Assembly (NCBI GenBank): GCA_050950825.1
Contig: JBMNIH010000004.1
Coordinates: 640,001-704,000, forward strand
DNA from: Clostridia bacterium
GTDB taxonomy: Bacteria > Bacillota > Clostridia > JAAYHZ01
Reading direction: 5' to 3'
Length of the DNA stretch: 64,000 nt
Shown: one piece after another, positions 31,719 through 42,132 of the stretch
Layout: each line of letters begins with the position of its first letter
How positions within the stretch are numbered: position 1 is the stretch's first letter
Translations under genes and position numbers: made by a program
Notes under the pieces: generated by a model
What the model saw: the letters and a program-made list of their open reading frames with translations, nothing else
Database searches by the model: none
Told to the model about the DNA's origin: nothing

Positions 31719-32663
31719 ATGGAATTTATTCATAAACCGATTATGCTCCATGAATGCATGGAACTGTTGAATATCAAGAAGGACGGTATCTATGTAGACG
31801 GAACGGTTGGCGGAGCGGGGCATTCCTCAAGCATTCTTTCCATGTTAGGAAAAGGGGGCCGATTGATCGCCATTGACAGGGATTCGGAAGCCGTCGAGAC
31901 GGCGAAAGAACGTTTGGCGAAGGTCGAAACCCAAGGAGAATTTACGGTAGTAAAGGCGAGATACTCCCAAACGGCGGATGTATTACAAAGGTTGGGAGTA
32001 GGGAAGGTAAACGGAATTTTACTGGATATCGGCGTATCGTCGTACCAACTGGATAATCCTGACAGAGGCTTCGGGTACATGACCGAGGGCAAGCCGGATA
32101 TGAGAATGGGAGCGGACGAGCCGATAAGAACCGCCTATGACATAATCAACGAAGCGGATCAAACGGAGCTGGAGCGAATTATTCGAGATTACGGTGAGGA
32201 GCGTTACTGGAAAAGGATTGCACAAAAAATCGTGTCCGAGCGAAAAAAAGGAAAAATCGAAACAACGAAAGAATTGGTTCGCATTATTTCGGAGGCAATC
32301 CCGGCGGAGGCAAGAAGAGAAAAACAGCATCCGGCAAAAAGAACGTTCCAAGGCTTGCGCATAGCCGTCAATCGAGAATTGGAGGAACTGGAGTCTTTAC
32401 TGAACCGATTGGATGAAATATTATTGCCGAGGGGACGGGCGGCAATTATCACCTTTCATTCGTTGGAGGATCGAATCGTAAAGACCAAATTCAAGGAGTT
32501 TGAAAATCCTTGTACCTGCCCTCCGGGGTTTCCGAAATGTATTTGCGGAAAGAAAGCCGTAGGACGGATCGTAACGAAAAAACCCGTAACGCCTTCGGAA
32601 GAAGAAATTAAAACAAATCCCAGAGCAAGAAGTGCAAAGCTGCGTGTGTTGGAGTGGATTTAA
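31719..32663 (+). CDS. rsmH: 16S rRNA m4C1402 methyltransferase
   Basis: HKPIML, DGTVGGAGHS, DIGVSSYQLD, DMRM, FQGLRIAVNREL, TFHSLEDRIVK, NPRARSAKLR. Confidence 0.97.
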   Translation: MEFIHKPIMLHECMELLNIKKDGIYVDGTVGGAGHSSSILSMLGKGGRLIAIDRDSEAVETAKERLAKVETQGEFTVVKARYSQTADVLQRLGVGKVNGILLDIGVSSYQLDNPDRGFGYMTEGKPDMRMGADEPIRTAYDIINEADQTELERIIRDYGEERYWKRIAQKIVSERKKGKIETTKELVRIISEAIPAEARREKQHPAKRTFQGLRIAVNRELEELESLLNRLDEILLPRGRAAIITFHSLEDRIVKTKFKEFENPCTCPPGFPKCICGKKAVGRIVTKKPVTPSEEEIKTNPRARSAKLRVLEWI

Positions 32664-32811
32664 AGTGAAGAGGTTTTCGGTTATGGAGGATAGCACGAAA
32701 CTCGGTCAAAAACTTAAGCTACGGTATTCAAAAAATGCGGAAGGTTTAACGAATTTTGCGGGAGGTGAAGATTGGCAAATCTTCTTCGTCTTCTAGAGGA
32801 ACGAAGTTCTC

Positions 32812-33312
32812 TTGCCATCGAATATGAACGGTTATGAGTATGTTTACGGTTCCACAGCCAGAAAAATGCCGGAAAACGATCCGTATGTGGAAAAGCGGAT
32901 CCATCGAAAAAAGATACGGGTAAAGAAGTATCAAAAGAGTAAAAGAAAAGCCATATTTACGGCGGTGCTATTATTTGCCGTTGTCATGTTTGTTATGGTG
33001 CGGTACAGCATGATCCTGCATTTAAACTATGAGATTGCCGAAGTCACCGACCTGTACGAGAGAGTCTTAGCGGAAAACTCCGCATTGGACATGAAGCTTA
33101 AGGAAAAAACAAGCTTAGCGGTTATATACGATCGCGCCGTAAACGAATTGGGCATGATAAAAGCCGACAACAACCACGTAGGTTATTACAATTCCTATAA
33201 AGAAGATACCAAAGTTATCGATAACGACTACATTCAGGCAAGGGAATTGGAAAACCGTGACCCGGTGACCCTTATGCTGGACAAAATTCGTTTATTCCTT
33301 AATCTGAAATAA
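32812..33312 (+). CDS. ftsL: Cell division protein FtsL-like
   Basis: YVYGSTA N-terminus, basic stretch, single TM helix, coiled coil, AVNELGM; lies between rsmH and the PBP gene. Confidence 0.75.
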   Translation: MPSNMNGYEYVYGSTARKMPENDPYVEKRIHRKKIRVKKYQKSKRKAIFTAVLLFAVVMFVMVRYSMILHLNYEIAEVTDLYERVLAENSALDMKLKEKTSLAVIYDRAVNELGMIKADNNHVGYYNSYKEDTKVIDNDYIQARELENRDPVTLMLDKIRLFLNLK

Positions 33313-33384
33313 CGGGATTTCCGATGTTGTCATATTATGTACAAGTAGTGTATATATATAGAATGACATCGGACAGGAGAGGAT

Positions 33385-35607
33385 ATGAGCGTGAAGAAAA
33401 AGAACCGTGGCAAAAAACCGAAAACCGCAAAAAAGGCGAAATTAAAAGTAAATATAAATAACATCAATGTAATGAAAAAAAGAGCCCTATGGATTTTGGG
33501 ATTTTTTTCATTTTTAGTTATTTTATTGGGAGGACGATTGTTTTGGTTGCAGGTGGTAAAGGGGGACGGATTAAGACAAGCGGCTTATGAGCAGCAAAAT
33601 GCTCATCGCTTTATCAGTCCTGCAAGGGGGGCCATCTACGACCGAAACGGAAAGGAGCTTGCCGTGTCGGTTTCCGTCGAAACCATCACGGCGAGTCCCA
33701 TAACCGTACAATCGAATTCCGTGTCTTTGGAATTCATTGCTTCCGAGGTAGCCGAGATATTGGATCTGGACGAGGAAGATCTTCTTTCGAAATTGCAACA
33801 AGAACTTCAATATGTTATTATAGCTAAGAAAGTGGATATTGAAAAAGGCGACGAATTGCGAGCGTGGCTGAAAAAGTACAATATCTCCGGTATCTATATT
33901 AACGAAGATACGAAGCGGTACTATCCGTTAAAGAATTTATCGAGCCAAGTGATCGGTTTTACCGGTGCGGATAACCAAGGCTTAGAGGGAATCGAAGCGA
34001 TAATGGATCGCTATTTGAAAGGGATACCGGGGAAAATTTTATCGGAAATTGATGCCAACGGTTTGGAGCTTCCTTTTTCCACGGAAACGAAAATCAATGC
34101 CCAAGACGGGTTTAACGTAGTTCTGACCATAGACGAAACCATTTCGTATATGGCAGATAAAGCTTTGGAAAAAGCTTTGATAGACAACAACTGCATCAAC
34201 GGAGGTTCGGTCATAATCATGGATCCGAGAAACGGAGAAATCTTGGCCATGATTTCAAAGCCTGACTTTGATCCGAATCAACCCTTTGCGGCTCCTCCCG
34301 GTGTAGACCCGAGCACCTGGAAGGGGACAACGGAAGCGGACACCGAGTTATTAAGAGCTACGGTATGGCGTAACAAAACCATAATGGATACTTACGAACC
34401 CGGTTCTACTTTTAAATCCATCGTTACCGCAATGGGATTCGAAGAAAATGTGGTACACGACAATGATACGGTTGTATGCCAACCGGTTACGGTTCTCGGC
34501 AAAACCATGAACTGCTGGAGAACGCCTCACCACGGAACCGAAACCTTCCGAGAAGGCGTATACAACTCCTGTAACCCTGTGTTTGTAAACTTGGGGTTAA
34601 AACTTGGCGTTGAAAGATTCTACAATTATGTTTCCGCATTCGGGTTTCGCAAAAAAACCGGCATCAATTTACCCGGAGAACAGTTGGGACTGTTTCATCT
34701 GAACCCTACCATTTTGGATATGTCGGTTGCTTCTTTCGGTCAACGTTTTACCGTCACGCCTATTCAAATGATTACCGCTTTCAGTGCCATCGCAAACGGC
34801 GGAACACTTGTAAAACCGAAAATTATTAAGGAATTAACGGACCAAGACGGAAATATCGTTAAGCAATATGAAACGGAAGTCGTAAGAAAGGTTATTTCCG
34901 AAAAAACGGCTGCTCGGGTTCGCGATTTGCTGCGAGGAGTCGTATCCGAGGGAACCGGAAAAAATGCCAATGTGGCGGGATACTATGTTGCAGGAAAAAC
35001 GGGAACATCCCAAACGACCGAAGAAGGACATTACATAGCTTCCTTCTTAGGCATGGCACCTGCAGACAATCCGGTCATTTGCGTATTGGTAATTTTGGAT
35101 AATCCGAAGGGACCCTATTATTACGGAGGTACCATTGCCGCTCCGGTGGCCGGAGAAATTATTGAAGACGTCTTGTCCTATTTGAAGGTCCAAAGAAGAT
35201 TGGAAGGCGAACAGATTAAGAAAGACGTTGTTGTTCCGGATGTTCGTAACATGACCGTAGCGGAAGCGAAAAAAGCGTTGAAAGAATACGGATTGAAACC
35301 GTTGCTAGGCCAAGGCGCCGATGAAGAGAAGAAAGTCGTAAAGCAATCGCCCTTGCCGAACATAACGGTTCCGGAAGGGTCCTTGGTCATGCTGTACGAA
35401 GAAGGAAGAGAAACGGAGACGGTGACCGTTCCGAATTTCTTGAATCTCGATGAGAATGACGCTTTGGAAACGGCTCAAGGCTTAGGCTTGAACATTCGGA
35501 GCTCCGGAACGGGAAATGCCATTTACCAGAACATCGCTCCGGGAGAAAAAGTCGAAAAAGGATCCGTTATCGAAGTTGTGTTCCGTTATATGGATGCGGT
35601 GGAATAA
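33385..35607 (+). CDS. Class B penicillin-binding protein (FtsI/SpoVD-like) with two PASTA domains
   Basis: RGAIYDRNG, RYYP, GLEGIE; EPGSTFK (SxxK), SCN (SxN), GKTGT; VPDV and VPNF PASTA repeats. Confidence 0.93.
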   Translation: MSVKKKNRGKKPKTAKKAKLKVNINNINVMKKRALWILGFFSFLVILLGGRLFWLQVVKGDGLRQAAYEQQNAHRFISPARGAIYDRNGKELAVSVSVETITASPITVQSNSVSLEFIASEVAEILDLDEEDLLSKLQQELQYVIIAKKVDIEKGDELRAWLKKYNISGIYINEDTKRYYPLKNLSSQVIGFTGADNQGLEGIEAIMDRYLKGIPGKILSEIDANGLELPFSTETKINAQDGFNVVLTIDETISYMADKALEKALIDNNCINGGSVIIMDPRNGEILAMISKPDFDPNQPFAAPPGVDPSTWKGTTEADTELLRATVWRNKTIMDTYEPGSTFKSIVTAMGFEENVVHDNDTVVCQPVTVLGKTMNCWRTPHHGTETFREGVYNSCNPVFVNLGLKLGVERFYNYVSAFGFRKKTGINLPGEQLGLFHLNPTILDMSVASFGQRFTVTPIQMITAFSAIANGGTLVKPKIIKELTDQDGNIVKQYETEVVRKVISEKTAARVRDLLRGVVSEGTGKNANVAGYYVAGKTGTSQTTEEGHYIASFLGMAPADNPVICVLVILDNPKGPYYYGGTIAAPVAGEIIEDVLSYLKVQRRLEGEQIKKDVVVPDVRNMTVAEAKKALKEYGLKPLLGQGADEEKKVVKQSPLPNITVPEGSLVMLYEEGRETETVTVPNFLNLDENDALETAQGLGLNIRSSGTGNAIYQNIAPGEKVEKGSVIEVVFRYMDAVE

Positions 35608-35641
35608 AGGATTTTGCCTTTGGCAAAGGAGGATGGATAGG

Positions 35642-37096
35642 ATGCTTTTAAGAGAACTGTTGGAGGGTTTGGAATACGAAGTCATATCGGGTACCGATGA
35701 TGCGGAGGTGACCGGAATTTGTGACGATTCCAGGTTCGCAGCGAAAGGAAATGTTTTTATCTGCATTGAAGGTACGGTTACCGACGGACACCTGTATGCC
35801 GCCGATGCCGTAGAAAAAGGCTGCAATTCTCTCATCATACAAAAAAAGCTTCCAAAGAACGTGCCCTCCTTTGTGAATATTATAAAAACAAAGGATACCC
35901 GAAAAGCATTGGCAAACGCAGCCTGCATATTCTACGGGAAGCCTTTTGAAAAATTTAAACTGGTTGGTGTTACGGGAACCAAGGGAAAAACCACAACCGT
36001 TTATATGCTCCGATATATGTTCGAAGCCGCTCGCGTAAGATACGGAATCATAGGCACCATATCCAACATTGTCAACCATATCGTTCGAAAAACCGGAAGG
36101 ACCACTCCGGAATCCCTGCAATTACAGAAAACCTTCTATGAAATGACCACGGAAGACACCGAATACGTAGCCATGGAGGTTTCGTCCCAAGGATTGATGA
36201 TGAACCGCGTGTACGGAACCCGGTTCGATATTGGTATTTTCACAAATATATCCCGGGCGCATATCGGTCCGAAGGAGCATTCCGACTTTGAAGATTATTT
36301 GATGAACAAAATCAAGCTTTTTTCCATGTGCAATATAGGTTTGGTCAATATCGATGACCCTTGCGCAGAGAAGGTTATTCAAGGTGCCAAGTGTAAAGTA
36401 TATACCTTTGGAGTGGAAAAGAAAGCGGACTTTTACGGGGATAACATCGTAAAATATTACGACAAGGTGGAATTCGATTTTCATACTCCGACCTATACGA
36501 AACGACTCCGAGTCAATATGCCCGGAAGATTCAATGTGTACAACGCTTTGGCGGCGGCGGCGACGGCATACTTATGGGGATTTGATCCTTCCTGTATTGC
36601 AAAAGGTCTGGAGGAAGTTACCGTTCCCGGAAGAACCGAAAAGCTGGATTTGCCGCTGGATTGCACGGTGATGATCGATTATGCCCACAGCCCGGACAGC
36701 TTGCTGAAATTGTTAAGCGAATTGAAGGAATTGGTTCCGGGTCGGTTGATCAGTCTATTCGGCTGCGGGGGAGACCGTGACCGTGCCATGAGACCGATGA
36801 TGGGTGAAATATCCGGCAAGTATGCCGACTTTACCATTATTACCTCCGACAATCCTCGTACCGAAAGGCCGGAGGATATTATCGACGATATTGAAGAGGG
36901 CATCAAAAAAACAAACGGGAAATACATTAAGATCACCGACAGAACCGAGGCTATCGCTTATGCAATAAAAAATGCGCAGCCGAATGACTTGATTGTTTTG
37001 GCGGGAAAAGGGCATGAAGATTACGTGGAAGTCAACGGTAAAAAGTATCATTATGATGAGCGTGAAGTGGTAAGAAACATTCTGAATTTAACATAA
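35642..37096 (+). CDS. murE: UDP-MurNAc-dipeptide:meso-DAP ligase
   Basis: GVTGTKGKTT, TTPES, MEVSS, DYAHSPD, FGCGGDRD, SDNPR (DAP type), LAGKGHE. Confidence 0.96.
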   Translation: MLLRELLEGLEYEVISGTDDAEVTGICDDSRFAAKGNVFICIEGTVTDGHLYAADAVEKGCNSLIIQKKLPKNVPSFVNIIKTKDTRKALANAACIFYGKPFEKFKLVGVTGTKGKTTTVYMLRYMFEAARVRYGIIGTISNIVNHIVRKTGRTTPESLQLQKTFYEMTTEDTEYVAMEVSSQGLMMNRVYGTRFDIGIFTNISRAHIGPKEHSDFEDYLMNKIKLFSMCNIGLVNIDDPCAEKVIQGAKCKVYTFGVEKKADFYGDNIVKYYDKVEFDFHTPTYTKRLRVNMPGRFNVYNALAAAATAYLWGFDPSCIAKGLEEVTVPGRTEKLDLPLDCTVMIDYAHSPDSLLKLLSELKELVPGRLISLFGCGGDRDRAMRPMMGEISGKYADFTIITSDNPRTERPEDIIDDIEEGIKKTNGKYIKITDRTEAIAYAIKNAQPNDLIVLAGKGHEDYVEVNGKKYHYDEREVVRNILNLT

Positions 37097-37180
37097 AAGA
37101 AAAGATAGAAAGAATATCGTATCGGTACAAATCAAAGGGTTAGACGGATAGGGCGGGGCTAACTTAGAAGGAGGATCGTT

Positions 37181-38578
37181 ATGTATAAGTTAACCGTAGA
37201 AGAAATAAATAAAGCCGTAAATGCCGGCGCGGTAGCCGGCGACAAGAATACCGTCATTATGGGCGTTGCTACCGACAGCAGAGATGTTTTGGAAGGCAAT
37301 TTGTTTGTAGCCATTGAAGGGGAGCGTTATGATGGGCATGACTTTATTAAACAGGCGGTTGACCTCGGTGCGAAAGCGGTAATGGTATCGAAGGATGTTC
37401 ATCCGGATCGGGATGTAGCCGTCATCAAGGTCAAGGACACCGTAAAAGCATTGGGAGATTTGGCTAAATACGTTCGATCCCGGTTTCATAAGCCCGTAAT
37501 TGCCGTGACCGGAAGCGTGGGGAAGACAAGCACCGTTAATATGATCGGTATGGCTTTGAGCACGGATCACAAGGTTCTCTTGCCCGAAAAAAACCACAAC
37601 AACCACATCGGTTTACCGAAAACCCTTTTAAATTTGGACGATTCATACGATTACGCCGTATTGGAAATGGGAATGAACGATTTCGGTGAGATTGCTTACT
37701 TGTCATCCATAGCAAAACCGGATATTGCCGTGATTACCCAAATCGGATTGTCCCACATCGGGAAATTGGGTTCCAAGCAAAACATATTGAAAGCGAAAAT
37801 GGAAATCATACAGGGCATGGATAAAGAGAAAGGCATTTTGGTGATGAACGGAGATGACGGCTTGCTAAAGGGTGTAAAGGATTTCCTTTCTCTTCGATGC
37901 GTGTACTACGGAACGGAAGAAGGAAACGACTACACGGCTTACAATATTCAAAAATACAGAAACGGCGGCTCGGGGTATAATATAAAATTGAATAACCGTG
38001 AATACGAAGTGCGCTTGAATGTTCCCGGCTATCATATGGTGTATAATTCATTGGCGGCTATAACGGTAGCCAATGAATTGGAGGTCCCCGTAGCCTCCGC
38101 CGTCGAAGGAATCGGCCGCTTTATGCCGAAATCTCAGCGTACGGAAATTGTTCGAACGGCAACAGGGCTTATGATTAACGACACCTACAACGCCAGTCCC
38201 GAATCCATGGAAGCGGCGTTGTCCGTATTAGGGGATTTGGCCGACGGACGGAGAAAAGTCGTTGTATTGGGAGACATGTTAGAGATGGGAAGCTATTCCG
38301 AAGATGCCCACAGGCAAGTAGGTGTCTCTTGCGTCGAGCACGGAGCCAATCTTTTAATTTTGATGGGTGAACAAGCTCGATTCATATCGGAAGGGGCTAT
38401 CAAAGCGGGGATGAATGCAGGGAACATCTATTTGTGCGATAACCATGATCGGCTCCGGGATTTGTTAACCCTGCTCGTGAAGACCGATGATGCGGTTTTG
38501 GTTAAAGGTTCGAGAGGAATGAAAATGGAGGAAGGTGTTCGCACCATTTCCGACATGTGGGCAAAAGAGGTGTACTAA
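37181..38578 (+). CDS. murF: UDP-MurNAc-tripeptide:D-Ala-D-Ala ligase
   Basis: TDSR, VTGSVGKTS, NNHIGLP, VLEMGM, NDTYNASPES, LGDMLEMG, VKGSRG. Confidence 0.96.
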   Translation: MYKLTVEEINKAVNAGAVAGDKNTVIMGVATDSRDVLEGNLFVAIEGERYDGHDFIKQAVDLGAKAVMVSKDVHPDRDVAVIKVKDTVKALGDLAKYVRSRFHKPVIAVTGSVGKTSTVNMIGMALSTDHKVLLPEKNHNNHIGLPKTLLNLDDSYDYAVLEMGMNDFGEIAYLSSIAKPDIAVITQIGLSHIGKLGSKQNILKAKMEIIQGMDKEKGILVMNGDDGLLKGVKDFLSLRCVYYGTEEGNDYTAYNIQKYRNGGSGYNIKLNNREYEVRLNVPGYHMVYNSLAAITVANELEVPVASAVEGIGRFMPKSQRTEIVRTATGLMINDTYNASPESMEAALSVLGDLADGRRKVVVLGDMLEMGSYSEDAHRQVGVSCVEHGANLLILMGEQARFISEGAIKAGMNAGNIYLCDNHDRLRDLLTLLVKTDDAVLVKGSRGMKMEEGVRTISDMWAKEVY

Positions 38579-38579
38579 A

Positions 38580-39563
38580 TTGAGCAAAGGATTCGAATTT
38601 TCTTATCATACCATTGTATTTATTTTATCATTCATTATTGCCGTTACATGGGGAATTATCGTTATACCCCTTTTAAGAAGATTAAAATTCGGTCAAACGG
38701 TAAGAGACGACGGCCCCTCAACCCACCTGAAAAAAACCGGTACTCCTACCATCGGAGGACTGATTTTTTATTTGCCGGTCTTATTCTTTTCCATATTATA
38801 TGTTCGAAATTTTCCGGAGATTTTGGCATTGGTGATTGCCTTTTTTGCTTTCGGTATTATCGGGCTTACGGACGATCTTATCAAGGTTCTTAAGAAAAGC
38901 AAAGACGGATTGACACCCATGCAGAAAACCGTTCTGCAGTTTTTGGCGGCTGCAGGCTTTGTTCTTTATTCCGCCGTCGTTTTGGACTTAGGATCCGACA
39001 TGATTCTTCCTTTCACCGGTATGACCGTTTCCATTCGTATTCCTCCGTGGATTTACTATCCTTTTTTGGTTCTGGTACTGTACTTTATATCCAACTCCGT
39101 AAATTTGACCGACGGGGTTGACGGTCTTTGCGGAGGTATTTCCATATTCGTATTGTTGTTTTTCGCCCTTGTTGCAAAAAAGATTCCGAACTTTGAGTAT
39201 GCCATCATATTTAATGCCGCATTAACCGGGGGATTGTTGGGATTCTTGGTGTACAACCTGCATCCGGCGAGAGTCTTTATGGGTGATACCGGATCCTTAG
39301 CGTTAGGCGGTGTGATTGCGGCTTTGGCTATCCTGATGAAGATTCCTTGGGTTTTATTGATTGCGGGAATCATTTATATCTTGGAATCTTTGTCGGTTAT
39401 AATCCAGGTAGCCTATTTTAAAAGAACAGGTAAAAGAGTTTTCAAAATGTCACCCATTCATCATCATTTCGAATTGTCGGGATGGAAGGAAGTTAAGGTT
39501 GTTTATGTTTTTTGGGCAATTACCCTAATCGGGTGCATTTTGTCATTCCTGACCTTGTTTTAG
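38580..39563 (+). CDS. mraY: Phospho-MurNAc-pentapeptide transferase
   Basis: GQTVRDDGP, GTPTIGG, DD, NSVNLTDGVDGL, VFMGDTGS, ESLSV, PIHHHFE. Confidence 0.96.
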   Translation: MSKGFEFSYHTIVFILSFIIAVTWGIIVIPLLRRLKFGQTVRDDGPSTHLKKTGTPTIGGLIFYLPVLFFSILYVRNFPEILALVIAFFAFGIIGLTDDLIKVLKKSKDGLTPMQKTVLQFLAAAGFVLYSAVVLDLGSDMILPFTGMTVSIRIPPWIYYPFLVLVLYFISNSVNLTDGVDGLCGGISIFVLLFFALVAKKIPNFEYAIIFNAALTGGLLGFLVYNLHPARVFMGDTGSLALGGVIAALAILMKIPWVLLIAGIIYILESLSVIIQVAYFKRTGKRVFKMSPIHHHFELSGWKEVKVVYVFWAITLIGCILSFLTLF

Positions 39564-39648
39564 CATACTTTTTATCAAAGAAGCTTGTTTGCTTTTTTAT
39601 TTTATGAAACCGCATCGGGCGTCGGAATAAAGGGGAGAATAAAGGCAG

Positions 39649-40776
39649 ATGAAAAACAATGTATTCCAAAAGATCTTTTCCGATTTTAAAAAGCCGATTG
39701 ATTTTTGGCTTTTGTTTACGGTTGTCATTTTATTGGCTACCGGACTAATCACCATGTTCAGTGCCAGCATGCCATATGCCAATCGAGAGTATGGAGATTT
39801 AGCGTATATTCTTAAAAACCAATTGAAATTCGCTTTGTTGGGTCTTGTAGCCTTGTTTATAACGGCGAATATCGATTACCATTTCTACCGAAAATTCACC
39901 ATTCCGATCTTCGGTTTTGCGTTATTCTTGTTGATTTTGGTACTGGTTCCCGGATTTCACGGCAACGACCCTAAAATAAGGCGATGGTTGTACATAGGAC
40001 CGATCAACTTTCAGCCCTCCGAAATTATGAAGATCGCACTCATTATGTTTTTCGCTCACCTTATGTCGAAATACGATTACAACGTACCGAAGTTTTTTAA
40101 AGGGTTTCTTTTGTATTTTGTCATCTTCGGTATTGTAGCCGTATTATTGATTAAGGAACCTCACTTAAGCTGTACCATTATTGTCTTTGCCATAACCGTC
40201 GTGATGCTGTTTTGTGCGGGAGCCAAAATCTTCCACTTTATCCTCACGGGGATCCCTGCATTGGCCGGCTTGGCTTATGTCGCATTATTTACCGACTACA
40301 TGAAAGACAGGTTGTTGTCATTTAAAGATCCCTTTATGTACAAAAGCGATATCGGTTGGCAAGTGGTCCAGTCTTTGTATGCCATCGGTACCGGAGGATT
40401 ATTCGGAAAAGGGTTAGGTAAAAGCATGCAGAAGTTTTTGTATTTGCCGGAGCCTCACAACGATTTCATATTTGCCATTATTGCCGAAGAGTTGGGGTTT
40501 GTCGGATGCGTCGCCATTTTGCTTTTATTTCTTATGTTCATGTGGAGAGGGATTCGAATCGCATTGTATGCTCCCGATCGATACGGCAGCCTGATCGCGG
40601 TGGGGATCACCTCGTTGATCGGCGTTCAATGCATCCTGAACATCGCCGTTGTGACGGCAAGCGTTCCGGCTACCGGAGTGGCGCTGCCTTTGTTTAGCTA
40701 CGGCGGTACCGCCTTGGTTTTGTTCTTAGCGGAAATCGGTATATTGTTGAATATTTCAAAATATGCAAAAGAATAA
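39649..40776 (+). CDS. ftsW: SEDS protein FtsW/SpoVE
   Basis: FSAS, RRWL, FQPSEIMK, WQVVQSLYAIG, LPEPHNDFIFAIIAEELG, PATGVALPLFSYGG; adjacent to murG. Confidence 0.9.
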   Translation: MKNNVFQKIFSDFKKPIDFWLLFTVVILLATGLITMFSASMPYANREYGDLAYILKNQLKFALLGLVALFITANIDYHFYRKFTIPIFGFALFLLILVLVPGFHGNDPKIRRWLYIGPINFQPSEIMKIALIMFFAHLMSKYDYNVPKFFKGFLLYFVIFGIVAVLLIKEPHLSCTIIVFAITVVMLFCAGAKIFHFILTGIPALAGLAYVALFTDYMKDRLLSFKDPFMYKSDIGWQVVQSLYAIGTGGLFGKGLGKSMQKFLYLPEPHNDFIFAIIAEELGFVGCVAILLLFLMFMWRGIRIALYAPDRYGSLIAVGITSLIGVQCILNIAVVTASVPATGVALPLFSYGGTALVLFLAEIGILLNISKYAKE

Positions 40777-40802
40777 ATGGGTAATTTTTTAGAACAGGGA
40801 GT

Positions 40803-41924
40803 GTGTACATGAGAATTTTAATGACAGGTGGGGGAACCGCCGGACATATTAATCCCGCTATCGCGATCGCCAATACATTCAAGCAAAAAGACGACTCGAG
40901 CGAAATTCTTTTTGTCGGAACCGAAAACGGATTGGAAAAAAATCTGGTTCCTCGTGCCGGATACGATATCAAGTTTATTCACGCAAAAGGCTTTCGAAGA
41001 AAGCTTTCTTTGGAGAATATAGCGGTTCTTTTACGTTTTATACAAGGATATTTGGAAGCTTCGAGGATCATAAAAGAGTTTAAGCCTGATGTTGCTATCG
41101 GTACCGGCGGATATGTAACCGGTGCCGTTTTGTACAGCGCCCATCGACACGGTGTCCCCGTAGTGATTCACGAATCCAACGCCTTTGCCGGCGTAACGAA
41201 TCGTTTTGTATCCGGGTTTACGAAATTGGCTTTTGTAAACTTTGAAAACACCGTTTCCGCCTTTCGGAAGGCGGAAAAAACGATTGTATCGGGAAATCCG
41301 TTAAAAAAAGAGCTTCTTCGTGCAAACCGAGAGGATGCTCGGAGAAAATTGAATTTAGGACCAAAAGACGTATTCATTGTAGCCGTAGGAGGAAGCCGAG
41401 GCAGCGAGACCATGAACCGGTGTATAGCGGATATGCTCCTTACTTATCCCGTAAAGGATCATTTTAAAATGATATTTGCAACCGGAGAAACGAACTTCGA
41501 AAAAGCAAACGAAATTATAAAGCAAAAACCGGAATTGGCGGATTCCGTAACGGTGGTTCCATATATATATGAAATGGAAACGTATTATGCGGCGGCGGAT
41601 ATTGTTATATGCCGAGCGGGAGCCATGACCTGCAGCGAAGTGTGTGCATTAGGAAAAGCGTCCATTATGATTCCTTCTCCTTATGTTACGGAAAATCATC
41701 AGGAAAAAAATGCACGAGAATTGGAAAAAAGCGGAGCCAATATTGTTATTACGGAAAAAGAGCTGACGCCTCAGGTTTTATATGAAAAAATTTCTTTTTT
41801 AATTAAAGAGCCCCAAAGAATCACCCAAATGGCGGATAATGCGAAAAGGTTAGGTAAAACCGATGCAGGGGATGTGATTTACAAATCCGTTTATCAATAC
41901 ATATTCCATAAAAAAGTATTGTAA
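40803..41924 (+). CDS. murG: Undecaprenyl-PP-MurNAc-pentapeptide GlcNAc transferase
   Basis: GGGTAGHINP, GTGGYV, HESN, GNP, GGSRG, RAGAMT, HQEKNA. Confidence 0.97.
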   Translation: MYMRILMTGGGTAGHINPAIAIANTFKQKDDSSEILFVGTENGLEKNLVPRAGYDIKFIHAKGFRRKLSLENIAVLLRFIQGYLEASRIIKEFKPDVAIGTGGYVTGAVLYSAHRHGVPVVIHESNAFAGVTNRFVSGFTKLAFVNFENTVSAFRKAEKTIVSGNPLKKELLRANREDARRKLNLGPKDVFIVAVGGSRGSETMNRCIADMLLTYPVKDHFKMIFATGETNFEKANEIIKQKPELADSVTVVPYIYEMETYYAAADIVICRAGAMTCSEVCALGKASIMIPSPYVTENHQEKNARELEKSGANIVITEKELTPQVLYEKISFLIKEPQRITQMADNAKRLGKTDAGDVIYKSVYQYIFHKKVL

Positions 41925-42052
41925 AATGTCGTAGTACTGCAAAAATGAGACCGGAAAAACAGCCAAAGGAAAACATCGATACGGGAAAAGGCGAATTGGG
42001 CAGAAAGTTGATGCAAAACGTCTGTTTTGTTAAATCCATGCAAAATTTTTGT

Positions 42053-42080
42053 TTGCACTATACAAAATCTGTGTTATAAT
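42053..42080 (+). promoter_or_regulatory. Putative sigma-A promoter of the DUF819-GNAT pair
   Basis: TTGCAC-16-TATAAT with extended TG. Confidence 0.55.
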
Positions 42081-42132
42081 TTATGCAAGATGTACAAGTC
42101 CCGTTGGATTTTTTTGGAGGTAAGCCAAAATC

